Shown: piece after piece, positions 10,154-18,609 of the stretch
Layout of the letters: the number at the start of each line of letters is the position of its first letter
Position numbering within the stretch: position 1 is the stretch's first letter
Source of the DNA: Candidatus Fermentibacterota bacterium
GTDB taxonomy: Bacteria > Fermentibacterota > Fermentibacteria > Fermentibacterales > Fermentibacteraceae
Length of the DNA: 64,000 bases
Direction: 5' to 3'
NCBI GenBank assembly: GCA_963718745.1
Contig: OY970370.1
Span: forward strand, 1,402,785 to 1,466,784
The notes under the pieces: generated by a model
Seen by the model: only the letters and a program-made list of their open reading frames with translations
Told to the model about the DNA's origin: nothing
Database searches by the model: none
Translations under genes and position numbers: made by a program

Positions 10154-11386
10154 TCAGCCGTTCTTCACGAACTTCAGTCCACCGGAGCGGGATGGATTCA
10201 GCGCGAGCGCGAGCTTCCCGGAGAGCAGGTCCTGCACCTCCGAGCCCAGGACCTCCTTCCGCCATCCTCCCAGCTCTGTTTCTCCGTATGCCGAATCAGC
10301 AGGCTTCTCGCCCGGTCTGGTGGAGGCGAGCCGGTCCAGGAGATCCCTCGGCATGAGGAGCGACGGCGCGATCTTGAGGTGGCTGGCCTTCTGCTTGATG
10401 TAGATCCTCAGGATGTCCGCGCGAGCCGAGGCCGTACCGTCCGGGCGCTGTACCCGGATCTCCGGGACGTCGCCCGGGGGATCGGCCAGGGCACCGCCCA
10501 CCACTTCCAGGATCTCTTTGCCCCACCTGCCGGCGAACCCCGAAGGCATCCCGCGGAGCCTCTCGAGGGAATCCATGGCCGTGGGAGACATCACGGCGAG
10601 CCTCGCGAGGATCGAATCGGAGGCGATGTGCTGCCTCGGCCTGTCCAGGTCCCTCGCGCGCATCTCCCTCCACCCGATGAGGCGCCACAGTACCGGGAGG
10701 TTCGATTTCTTGATCTTGCCCGAGGATCTGGCCCTGCGGAAGAGATCGGGCAGGGATGCCTCGTATGTCTCCGGACGCGTCAGGTCCATGGCTTCGAGCC
10801 GGTACCATTCCGTCCGCTTCTTCCTGGCGAGCTCCGCATCGAGCCTTGCATGGAGATCGAGGAGATAACGGACATCGTCGAGGGCGTACTCGAGCTGCTC
10901 CTCCGCAAGGGGGCGCCTCGACCAGTCGCTGAGACAGAAGGCCTTGCGGGACTTGATGCCGCAGACGTCCTGCAGGAGGTTGTGCAGGCTGCACTGCTCC
11001 CCGTAGCCGAGGAAGGCCGCAGCTATCTGGGTGTCGAAGACGTTCTCCAGCCTTCCCGTGGGAAGCGTCCTCCAGAGGATGGCGATGTCGTTCCGGGCCG
11101 AATGCATGACCTTGGTGACCGACGGGTTGGAGAGGACCGGTTCGAGGGGGGCCAGATCCCCTACTGCGAGGGGGTCGATGGCCCAGGGACCGTCCTTGTC
11201 GGCGATCTGGACGAGGAACAGCTCGGGCCAGAATCTCCTCTCGCTGTGGAATTCGGTGTCCAGAGCGACAGCAGGGGACTTCTCGAGGTTCCCGCAGAAG
11301 TTCACGAAGGTTTCGCGATCCGCAATCAGTCTGTCGAGGGGGCCCATTTTCTCCATTCCGCCGCGCGGGTGGGGTCCTCGCGTCAT
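10154..11386 (-). CDS. rnd: ribonuclease D (DEDD 3'-5' exonuclease plus HRDC)
   Basis: Contains ALDTEF (ExoI), MHSARNDI and YALDDVRYL (ExoIII), plus a C-terminal HRDC-like region. The start abuts the upstream stop (TAGATG). Confidence 0.85.
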   Translation of the reverse strand: MTRGPHPRGGMEKMGPLDRLIADRETFVNFCGNLEKSPAVALDTEFHSERRFWPELFLVQIADKDGPWAIDPLAVGDLAPLEPVLSNPSVTKVMHSARNDIAILWRTLPTGRLENVFDTQIAAAFLGYGEQCSLHNLLQDVCGIKSRKAFCLSDWSRRPLAEEQLEYALDDVRYLLDLHARLDAELARKKRTEWYRLEAMDLTRPETYEASLPDLFRRARSSGKIKKSNLPVLWRLIGWREMRARDLDRPRQHIASDSILARLAVMSPTAMDSLERLRGMPSGFAGRWGKEILEVVGGALADPPGDVPEIRVQRPDGTASARADILRIYIKQKASHLKIAPSLLMPRDLLDRLASTRPGEKPADSAYGETELGGWRKEVLGSEVQDLLSGKLALALNPSRSGGLKFVKNG

Positions 11387-12169
11387 CTAGTCTCCGTAGA
11401 CCGGCGTGGCGAGCATGTGATAGGGACACCGGACGCCGGAATCCGTCAAAGTGTAGAACGAGTAGCCGTTCACGGGGCATCGGTATCCTCCGGGAAGACC
11501 CGCCACGCCTCCGCTGAGCTCCCAGATCTCCTCGAGGGTCGAGGGGAGGGGGTGGCCTTCTCCGACCCAGTCCGCGACGACCGAGGCGGCCTCCGCCCTC
11601 CTGGCTCCGCAGGCGTCGTCCAGGAGATCGATCCCGTCGCCGAGGTGCCCGGAGGGACATGCGAGCACGCCGTCCACGGCCTCGTACGGGAGACCCGAGA
11701 CCGGACATGTGAAGGACGGTGCGAGGGCTCCGGCGGCCACTGCCGGCAGAACGGAGGACAGGGCGAAATCACGGCAGATCACGGACGCCGAACCCATGAG
11801 GGCGTCCAGCATCGAATCCCCGGAGATTCTCCATTCTCCTTCCTCGAAACGGAGCCACAGGAGCCTGGACCCACCGTCCGGAAGCGACATCCTGAACGGC
11901 CATCCCCTCTGCTCCTGCCGGCCGATGCTGCCGCCTCCCGGAGAGGGCGGCCCCGCAAAGCCTGCATGCCCCATGGCGGCCTCCGAGACGAGGCCTGCGA
12001 GGCTGTCCGTCAGGAGGGCGCGGGCATCGCCGGGGCGACCCTCCTCGATCGAGAGCATGTACGCCTCCGAAACCTGCCTGATCCTCGCACCCGGGCTCCC
12101 GGGCAGCGCGGAGATCACGAGGATCGCCGGGATCAGGATCAGCGCGATGGACGGCAGGAAGCGCCTCAA
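11387..12169 (-). CDS. hypothetical membrane-anchored protein with two CPVxG...CPxxH motifs
   Basis: TTG 12169 overlaps the upstream stop (TTGA). Has an N-terminal TM (FLPSIALILIPAILVISAL). The duplicated motifs are CPVSGLPYEAVDGVLACPSGH and CPVNGYSFYTLTDSGVRCPYH. Confidence 0.55.
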   Translation of the reverse strand: MRRFLPSIALILIPAILVISALPGSPGARIRQVSEAYMLSIEEGRPGDARALLTDSLAGLVSEAAMGHAGFAGPPSPGGGSIGRQEQRGWPFRMSLPDGGSRLLWLRFEEGEWRISGDSMLDALMGSASVICRDFALSSVLPAVAAGALAPSFTCPVSGLPYEAVDGVLACPSGHLGDGIDLLDDACGARRAEAASVVADWVGEGHPLPSTLEEIWELSGGVAGLPGGYRCPVNGYSFYTLTDSGVRCPYHMLATPVYGD

Positions 12170-13149
12170 CGGCCGCTCCCGCCGAGGCTGAAGAGGTCGG
12201 TGAAGTCGAGGCCGAGACCGGTGACCGCCAGCCCCCACTCCTTGTTGGCGTTCTTGCCTGACAGCCTGTAGTAGATGTCGCCCGTGAAGGAGGAAGACTC
12301 ACCGCCGAGATCGAAGCCCGCGCGAAGATCGAACGAGCTCACCGCCGAACCCTCGTCCTTCTCCCACCCGTCACCCGTGTCGCAGTCGACGTCGCCCCTG
12401 GTCGCGAACTCGGCTCCCAGGCGGATGTCCAGCTCGGGGTTGGCCTTGAAGACCAGGAAGTCGGTAGTCCTGAACTCGATCGGCGGACGGGTGTCGCAGG
12501 AGTCCCTGGGAAAGGACGGGACGGCGTCCCACGCGGCAAGGCTGTACCTGAGCCCGCCGGTCGCGCGGAGCAGGACCCCCTGGCCGGAGATCGGGGTCTC
12601 GACTGTTACCGCACCGTCGAATGCCAGGTGTGGATCGCTCTCTGAATAGTCTCCCGACTCCAGATATCCCTTCAACGGGATCCTGATGCCCAGGCGGCCG
12701 ATCACCATCGGATCCCTCTCGATCCAACCGTCCAGGGTGATCCAGGGATCGGTGACACCCGCACCAGTGGAGTCGGATTCGCCGGAGACCTGGATGAACA
12801 GGGGGATCAGGATGCCGACAGTATGGCTGTTCGTCAGCCCGTACCTTCCGACGGCCACAACCCTTATCACGGACAGCGCCGTGCCGAACTCCTGCTCCGT
12901 CACTTCTCCGGTGGAATCCGCGACCCAGCGGCTGCTCGAGCTGAAGAAGCCCAGGGCTACGTCTCCGTCGCTGTCCATCGAGTGCAGTACCGATGACAGG
13001 TTCTGATAGTAGAGCGGGTCCCAGGCGAATGCTGGTCCGGCGGTCCCCAGCGCGAGCAGGAGAACCGACAGGAGGGCGGGCACCCGAAGGCCTCCCGCCG
13101 AACGGATAAAGCGTATCAACACGTAAACCTCCTGCATGTTGAGCCTCAT
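12166..13149 (-). CDS. hypothetical outer-membrane beta-barrel-like protein
   Basis: Signal peptide ending AFA|W. Alternating-hydrophobicity strands rich in G/D/S/Y. No family recognised. Confidence 0.5.
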   Translation of the reverse strand: MRLNMQEVYVLIRFIRSAGGLRVPALLSVLLLALGTAGPAFAWDPLYYQNLSSVLHSMDSDGDVALGFFSSSSRWVADSTGEVTEQEFGTALSVIRVVAVGRYGLTNSHTVGILIPLFIQVSGESDSTGAGVTDPWITLDGWIERDPMVIGRLGIRIPLKGYLESGDYSESDPHLAFDGAVTVETPISGQGVLLRATGGLRYSLAAWDAVPSFPRDSCDTRPPIEFRTTDFLVFKANPELDIRLGAEFATRGDVDCDTGDGWEKDEGSAVSSFDLRAGFDLGGESSSFTGDIYYRLSGKNANKEWGLAVTGLGLDFTDLFSLGGSGR

Positions 13150-13150
13150 G

Positions 13151-13435
13151 TCACCCGATCACTCTGAATCCAGGTTCCGGAAGACTCCCGCTGACAGCCG
13201 ATTCCACGGATTCCACCACGGCACCCGGTGGTCCAGCCCGGCAGAGGTCCTCGAATTCGGAGAGAGCATCTCCGGAGCCGCTTGCTTCGACCTCTACCGC
13301 ACCATCAGGAAGGTTCCTCACCCATCCGGCGAGCTCCAGGCGCCTGGCGGAGCGCAGGGCCCACCACCGGAACCCCACCCCCTGGACGAGCCCCCGAATA
13401 ACTATTCTCCTGACGGGCAATTCGTATCCTTCCAA
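13151..13435 (-). CDS. acyP: acylphosphatase
   Basis: Sequence VRGLVQGVGFRWW ... GWVRNLPDGAVEVEASG is the acylphosphatase signature. 94 aa. Confidence 0.85.
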   Translation of the reverse strand: MEGYELPVRRIVIRGLVQGVGFRWWALRSARRLELAGWVRNLPDGAVEVEASGSGDALSEFEDLCRAGPPGAVVESVESAVSGSLPEPGFRVIG

Positions 13436-13513
13436 TGCTTTAATGTATTGACATCGCCAACTGTTTGCGTTCTTATATACGCAAGTGTGTCATACCCGGA
13501 AAAGGAGGGACAA

Positions 13514-15517
13514 TTGAAGAGATCAATGTTTCTGACTGGAGTGATCCTGTTGGTGCTGGCCCAGACGGTGGTGGCGCTTCCGTCGTTCATGGGCTACAGG
13601 GGTATCAACAGGGTCGTGGACGCGCGCCCGGTGGGCGAGGGCGAGATAATGTTCGGGCTGATGGGCCGCTACTGGACCAGCACGAACGAGATCACCGGCA
13701 TGCCCTTCCACAGCTTCGGCCCGATCTATCACGACACCCTCGACATCGCTGACAAGGAGCACTACGGAGACGGATACTTCGTGGTGGGATACGGCCTTGC
13801 AGACTTCATCGAGCTGGGTGCCCGCCTCTCCTACGTGGTCAACTATTACGAGAGGGACCTCGTGCAGCCGCGCGGCTTCCTCTGCGGCCGCTGGGACGGA
13901 AACGACGGCCTCGGCGACGCCCGGGTGGGTATGAAGATGGGGTTCACCCCCACCCCCGGCAACAACCTGCTGTGGCTGGGTCTCCAGAACTGGTGGGGCT
14001 TCGCTCCCACGACCAACAAGACCACGGTTTCCGAAGACTACTGCGGACTCTGGTTCGACGACATGCCGATGTATGACACCCGCAGGCCCATGCTCTCCAC
14101 AGGGCATACGTCGTATGGTGTCGGCGGCCTCCTGTCCCTCGACATGGAGGAAGTCTGGCCCGGCAGTCCGATCAGGATCCATGTCAACGGCGGATGGTCC
14201 CACTACCAGCAGACCTTCGACATGGTCGACTTCAGGTATGAAATCGACTCGACCGGCGTCGAGTTCTCCGACTCCACGAACGTCCACCTGAACGTCGAGG
14301 ACAACGTGCTGGACCTCGCTGCCGGCATCGAGTTCCCGACCCGTTTCGCCATCCTGTTCGTCGAGTACTCCCTGCAGGAGTGCATGGACAGGGAGGGCCA
14401 GAACAGCACCGCCTACCTGACCCCCGGCATACGCTTCATAACCTCCAGCGGGGCATTCATGGACGTGTCCTTCGACCTCGGCATGACCGACTTCCATCGC
14501 GAGCTGAGCGACCTCGGACACAGCCAGTACCAGAGCGGCCCCCTCACCGACGAGGAGCGCGCTGATCTCAGCCCGCTGCCCTTCGGTTCTGCAAACGACT
14601 GGGGCGTCGGCTTCTCCCTGGCCTTCTCGAGCGATCTGATCCGCGAGTCCACTCCGCCCACGGAAGGCAGGATCTCCGGCATGGTCACCAGCTCGGTCGA
14701 CGGATCGGCAATACCGGCGGAGATCACATTCCCCGGTTCGACGGTCCCCCTGATCAGCAACGACCCCGTCACCGGCTTCTACACCGTGATGGTACCCGGC
14801 GGCAGCATAGCGATGTCCGTGAACGCCGACGGCTACCTGCCCGGCTCTGCGACCGTGATCATCGACGCAGGCCAGTCCGTCGTTAAGGACTTCGCCCTGA
14901 TCCCCGTCCCCGCGGGCGGGATCCTCACAGGCACCGTCACCTCCAGCGAGGACGGCTCGCCGCTCGCGGCCACCGTCTCCATCACCGACGGACCTGCTCC
15001 GCTATCCGTCACCTCCAACGCTGACGGCGTCTATCAGATGGAAGTCCCGTCCGGTACCTGGACCGTCAGGGCCGAGGCGGCGGAATTCCTTCCCAAGTCC
15101 CAGCCGGTAGTCATCCCCGCGGACCAGACCACCGTGCTGAACCTCGAGCTCAGGCCGGCCCTCGTCGAGGGACAGGTCCTCAGCTTCAACAACATCTACT
15201 TCGACTCCGGCAGCGCCACGCTGAAGCCCGAGTCCTACATCGTGCTCGACGGAGTTGTCGCCGTACTCCTCGACAACGCCGAGGCAACCGTCAGGATCGC
15301 CGGTCATACGGACTCCGACGGCAGCGAGGCCTACAACCAGACCCTCAGCGAGCAGAGGGCGCAGTCCGTCTACAACTACCTGGTCAACCACGGTGTCGCG
15401 GCCAGGAGGCTCTCGACGATCGGTTTCGGCGAGTCCGCACCGGTAGTCCCGAACACCTCCGCGGCAAACAAGGCCCAGAACAGGAGAATCGAGTTCACGG
15501 TCCTCTCCGTGAACTGA
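13514..15517 (+). CDS. OmpA-family outer membrane protein (barrel plus 2 CarboxypepD_reg-like domains plus OmpA_C)
   Basis: TTG 13514 follows AAAGGAGGG (alternative ATG 13526). Signal peptide KRSMFLTGVILLVLAQTVVA. C-terminal OmpA domain NIYFDSGSATL...IAGHTDSDGS...NRRIEF. Confidence 0.8.
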   Translation: MKRSMFLTGVILLVLAQTVVALPSFMGYRGINRVVDARPVGEGEIMFGLMGRYWTSTNEITGMPFHSFGPIYHDTLDIADKEHYGDGYFVVGYGLADFIELGARLSYVVNYYERDLVQPRGFLCGRWDGNDGLGDARVGMKMGFTPTPGNNLLWLGLQNWWGFAPTTNKTTVSEDYCGLWFDDMPMYDTRRPMLSTGHTSYGVGGLLSLDMEEVWPGSPIRIHVNGGWSHYQQTFDMVDFRYEIDSTGVEFSDSTNVHLNVEDNVLDLAAGIEFPTRFAILFVEYSLQECMDREGQNSTAYLTPGIRFITSSGAFMDVSFDLGMTDFHRELSDLGHSQYQSGPLTDEERADLSPLPFGSANDWGVGFSLAFSSDLIRESTPPTEGRISGMVTSSVDGSAIPAEITFPGSTVPLISNDPVTGFYTVMVPGGSIAMSVNADGYLPGSATVIIDAGQSVVKDFALIPVPAGGILTGTVTSSEDGSPLAATVSITDGPAPLSVTSNADGVYQMEVPSGTWTVRAEAAEFLPKSQPVVIPADQTTVLNLELRPALVEGQVLSFNNIYFDSGSATLKPESYIVLDGVVAVLLDNAEATVRIAGHTDSDGSEAYNQTLSEQRAQSVYNYLVNHGVAARRLSTIGFGESAPVVPNTSAANKAQNRRIEFTVLSVN

Positions 15518-15535
15518 CGAGATCACGATTCGGCG

Positions 15536-15557
15536 GGGCGGCCCGAAGGGGCCGCCC
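15536..15557 (+). terminator. GC-rich hairpin after the first OmpA-family gene
   Basis: GGGCGGCCC-GAAG-GGGCCGCCC, a perfect 9-bp stem followed by TTG. Confidence 0.5.
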
Positions 15558-15573
15558 TTGCCTTGGCGGAGAG

Positions 15574-17463
15574 ATGAAGTCAATCAACCGGTCCGGTTTC
15601 CTGGCAGCAACCTTCCTGTGCGTCTTTGCAGCGGCTCCGGCCTGGGCGATTCCTGGCTACCTGGGTCTGAGAGGGCTCCCCTCCACGATCGACGCCAGGG
15701 TCACTACTCCGGGCACCGGCTCGGCATCGGTCTGGCTCATGTATCAGATGGCCGGCCTGAGCGACACCCTGCAGTTCTCGCCTCCTCTCTATCCCTCCCT
15801 GGATACGCTCGTCGCCGTCGAGGACAACGAACACTATCTCGATACGAGCATCCAGATCGGCTACGGGATTACGGACAGGATCGAGGCTGCTGTCATAGTC
15901 AACGCCCAGCTCAGCGGTTACGAGTACGACCAGGTCTCCCCCAGGGGCGACTACGTCGGCCTTTCCGACATGGCCTGGGGCTTCTCGGAGGCCGTCGTAT
16001 CCGGCAAGTACTCGTATCCCGTCAGGGATGACATGACGGCAGCGGGGATACTCCACGTGAGCCTCCCCTTCGGCGAGGCCTTCCCGGATACCGCTGCCGA
16101 CTACGACGGATACTGGGATGAGTGGGACCTGATGACGCAGGTTCGAAGGCCCTATATCGGAACGGGCGGTTTCAACTACGGCCTGACCGGCGCCTTCACT
16201 GCCGTCACGCAGTATGTGACGGGACATGCGAACGCCGGGGTGACGATGTGGTCCCAGAAGACCACCGTCGAAGACGAAGAAATCACCCAGTCGGACATGT
16301 CCGTGGACTTCTCGCTGGGCGGAGAGACAGCCACGCCTCTCGCCACGTTCTTCGTCGGCGTCTCCGGCCGGATGTTCCCGGGCCGTTCCTCCGATCCGGG
16401 TTACTCGATGCCGATGTGGGCCGATCTGGGGATGCGCCTTGCCGAGGGATCCGGGGCCTGGTTCGACCTCATGGGCCGGATCGGCTTCTCGGAGTACGAC
16501 CGCGACGAGGCCTCCCAGGACACGGTCAACACCATGCCGATACCCGGTGGCCTTCCAGGTGACTTCGGAATCATGGTCTGCCTCGGGTACGACCTCGCGC
16601 TGGTCGATTCCGGGGAGCGGACCGGGTGGGTGGCCGGCACGGTCAGGGACGCCGCCACAGGGTCCCCCGTCGCGGCCTCGATAGGCTTCCCGGGCCTTGC
16701 CGTCCCTTCGGTCCAGTCCGACGCACAGACAGGTTCCTTCAGGACCGGCGTCCCGGCGGGAACAGTGGCTGTCACGGCCGAAGCCGAGGGCTATGCCCCT
16801 TCACAGACGACGGTGACGGTCGAAAGGGACGGAACGGCTACGGTGGAGTTCTCCCTCGAGCCGTCGGCCCAGCCTACGGGCACCGTCACGGGCGTGGTCA
16901 CCGACGAGGCGACGAGGGCTGCGATCACGGCGACGATAACCGAGACCTCCTCGGGCGCCTCGACGAATGCAGGAGCCGACGGCACCTTCACCCTGACAGC
17001 CCCATCGGGGTCCAGAGTCGTGAAGGCGGAGGCGGCGGGATACATCGCCGAGACCCAGACCGTGATAGTTCCCGAGGGTGGCGCGGTCTCCGCGTCCTTC
17101 GCCCTGGGGCAGGCCCTCACCAGCGGCCAGGTCCTCACGTTCGCGAACATCTACTTCGATTCCGGGAGCGCAACGCTCAAGGCGGAATCCTATCCCGTCC
17201 TGAACGAGATCGCGGCACTCCTCCTCGCCAACCAGGGCGTTCAGGTCCAGATCTGCGGCCACACCGACTCGGATGGCAGCGAATCTCTGAACCAGTCGCT
17301 CAGCGAACGAAGGGCGGCCTCGGTCAAGACCTACCTCGTCAGCAGAGGTGTTGCAGCATCCTCGCTCTCGACGATAGGCTACGGCGAAGGCACCCCGGTG
17401 GCGTCGAACGGAACGCCGGAGGGCAAGGCCCAGAACCGCAGGATCGAGTTCAGGGTTCTGTAG
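15574..17463 (+). CDS. OmpA-family outer membrane protein (paralog of the upstream gene)
   Basis: Signal peptide ending APAWA. Same architecture as the upstream gene. C-terminus NIYFDSGSATLKAES...CGHTDSDGSESLNQSLSERRA...NRRIEF. Confidence 0.8.
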   Translation: MKSINRSGFLAATFLCVFAAAPAWAIPGYLGLRGLPSTIDARVTTPGTGSASVWLMYQMAGLSDTLQFSPPLYPSLDTLVAVEDNEHYLDTSIQIGYGITDRIEAAVIVNAQLSGYEYDQVSPRGDYVGLSDMAWGFSEAVVSGKYSYPVRDDMTAAGILHVSLPFGEAFPDTAADYDGYWDEWDLMTQVRRPYIGTGGFNYGLTGAFTAVTQYVTGHANAGVTMWSQKTTVEDEEITQSDMSVDFSLGGETATPLATFFVGVSGRMFPGRSSDPGYSMPMWADLGMRLAEGSGAWFDLMGRIGFSEYDRDEASQDTVNTMPIPGGLPGDFGIMVCLGYDLALVDSGERTGWVAGTVRDAATGSPVAASIGFPGLAVPSVQSDAQTGSFRTGVPAGTVAVTAEAEGYAPSQTTVTVERDGTATVEFSLEPSAQPTGTVTGVVTDEATRAAITATITETSSGASTNAGADGTFTLTAPSGSRVVKAEAAGYIAETQTVIVPEGGAVSASFALGQALTSGQVLTFANIYFDSGSATLKAESYPVLNEIAALLLANQGVQVQICGHTDSDGSESLNQSLSERRAASVKTYLVSRGVAASSLSTIGYGEGTPVASNGTPEGKAQNRRIEFRVL

Positions 17464-17493
17464 CGGCTCGCAGGTAAGTCACGGCATTCATGG

Positions 17494-17517
17494 GAAGGGG
17501 TCCGGAAGGGCCCCTTC
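17494..17517. terminator. hairpin between convergent OmpA-family and NUDIX genes
   Basis: GAAGGGGTCC-GGAA-GGGCCCCTTC, a 10-bp stem with one G.U pair. Confidence 0.45.
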
Positions 17518-17556
17518 TCTCGTCTCCACGGATGCAGGAGAGCGGCTTCAGGTCGG

Positions 17557-18003
17557 CTACTCCTCGACTGACGGACGCTCCCCGTTCTCGACCCAGAGGA
17601 GGAACTGCCTGAGGATCTTCGCATGGTCGAACGCCATCGATTCGAAGGGCAGGTCCTCGGGTTGGAAGGCGAAGGCGCTCAGAGCATCGTCCGCTCCAAC
17701 AGGCGACCCGGAAGCTCTGCAGTGGTAGACCGCGCTGACCGTGTCTCCGCGAGGATCCCTCCAGGGGCGCGAGTAGACATGGAAGAGGCTCAGCACCTCG
17801 ATCTCGAGCGAGGTCTCCTCCAGCGCCTCCCTGCGTACCGCTTCCGCAAGGCTCTCCCCGGGATCGACGAAGCCTCCGGGAAGGGCCCAGCCCCGAGGGA
17901 AGAACTTCCTCTCGACGAGTACCAGCCTGCCGTCCCTGAGCTCTATGATCGCATCTACGGTGAGCTGCGGCGTGACAGGTCTCAACTCCCACCAGCCTTT
18001 CAT
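17557..18003 (-). CDS. NUDIX hydrolase
   Basis: Nudix box GGFVDPGESLAEAVRREALEETSL. Confidence 0.85.
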   Translation of the reverse strand: MKGWWELRPVTPQLTVDAIIELRDGRLVLVERKFFPRGWALPGGFVDPGESLAEAVRREALEETSLEIEVLSLFHVYSRPWRDPRGDTVSAVYHCRASGSPVGADDALSAFAFQPEDLPFESMAFDHAKILRQFLLWVENGERPSVEE

Positions 18004-18092
18004 CGTGATGATTTGATATACGATCCCCCGGGTCCCGGGACCAGGGAACCCTTGGTGGAAGAGAGTGTTCAGCGGTTTGAAAGGGGTGTCCG

Positions 18093-18548
18093 ATGAAGAA
18101 TGCTTTGGTCAGGAGTAATCGAGTGATCCTTCTGTGTCTCGCGGCCGGGATGACCTTCGTGGGCGGCTGTGGAGACGAGGCATCTGACGGGGGTCATGCC
18201 GGGGGCTGGATCGAAGACGACTTCGCAGCGGCAGCCGAGTCTTCCGTGACATCGGGCAGACCCGTTCTGCTCGACCTGTACGCGGACTGGTGCGGCCCCT
18301 GCAGGACACTCGCGACTTCGTACTTCCCCGATCCCTCGATGAGCTCCACTCTCTCCTCCTTCGTACTGGCGAGGGCTGACGTGGACGGCTCCGAGGGCTC
18401 CCGGCTGGCCGAGATCTACGGCGTCTCCTCGATCCCCTGCGTGCTGATCCTCGCCCCCGACGGTACGGAATACGGGAGGATCACGGGCGTCATGCCCGCG
18501 GTAGCAGACTACAAGGCCGAACTCGAGAGGATACTCGCCGGGATCTGA
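18093..18548 (+). CDS. thioredoxin-family lipoprotein
   Basis: Lipobox FVGGC and thioredoxin active site WCGPC within LLDLYADWCGPCRTL. Confidence 0.8.
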   Translation: MKNALVRSNRVILLCLAAGMTFVGGCGDEASDGGHAGGWIEDDFAAAAESSVTSGRPVLLDLYADWCGPCRTLATSYFPDPSMSSTLSSFVLARADVDGSEGSRLAEIYGVSSIPCVLILAPDGTEYGRITGVMPAVADYKAELERILAGI

Positions 18549-18565
18549 TCCCGGCAGACAGGAAG

Positions 18566-18590
18566 AGGGGCGGGCTTCCGGCCCGCCCCT
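18566..18590. terminator. bidirectional GC-rich hairpin
   Basis: AGGGGCGGGC-TTCCG-GCCCGCCCCT, a perfect 10-bp stem between convergent genes. Confidence 0.55.
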
Positions 18591-18609
18591 CACGCATTCC
18601 GGGATTAGC

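Noticed and set aside
9566-12271. 901-aa plus-strand ORF, one of the longest in the track
   Set aside because: It is antisense to three well-supported minus-strand genes (PPC lipoprotein, rnd, Cys-motif protein). It has Ser/Arg/Pro-rich low-complexity sequence and no motif, so it is a shadow ORF.
13448-13479. TTGACA hexamer in the acyP/OmpA divergent spacer as a promoter
   Set aside because: The only good -10-like hexamer (TATATA, 13474-13479) is 20 nt away. At 17-nt spacing the hexamer is TCTTAT. This is too weak to list as a feature, although the AT-rich spacer surely contains promoters.
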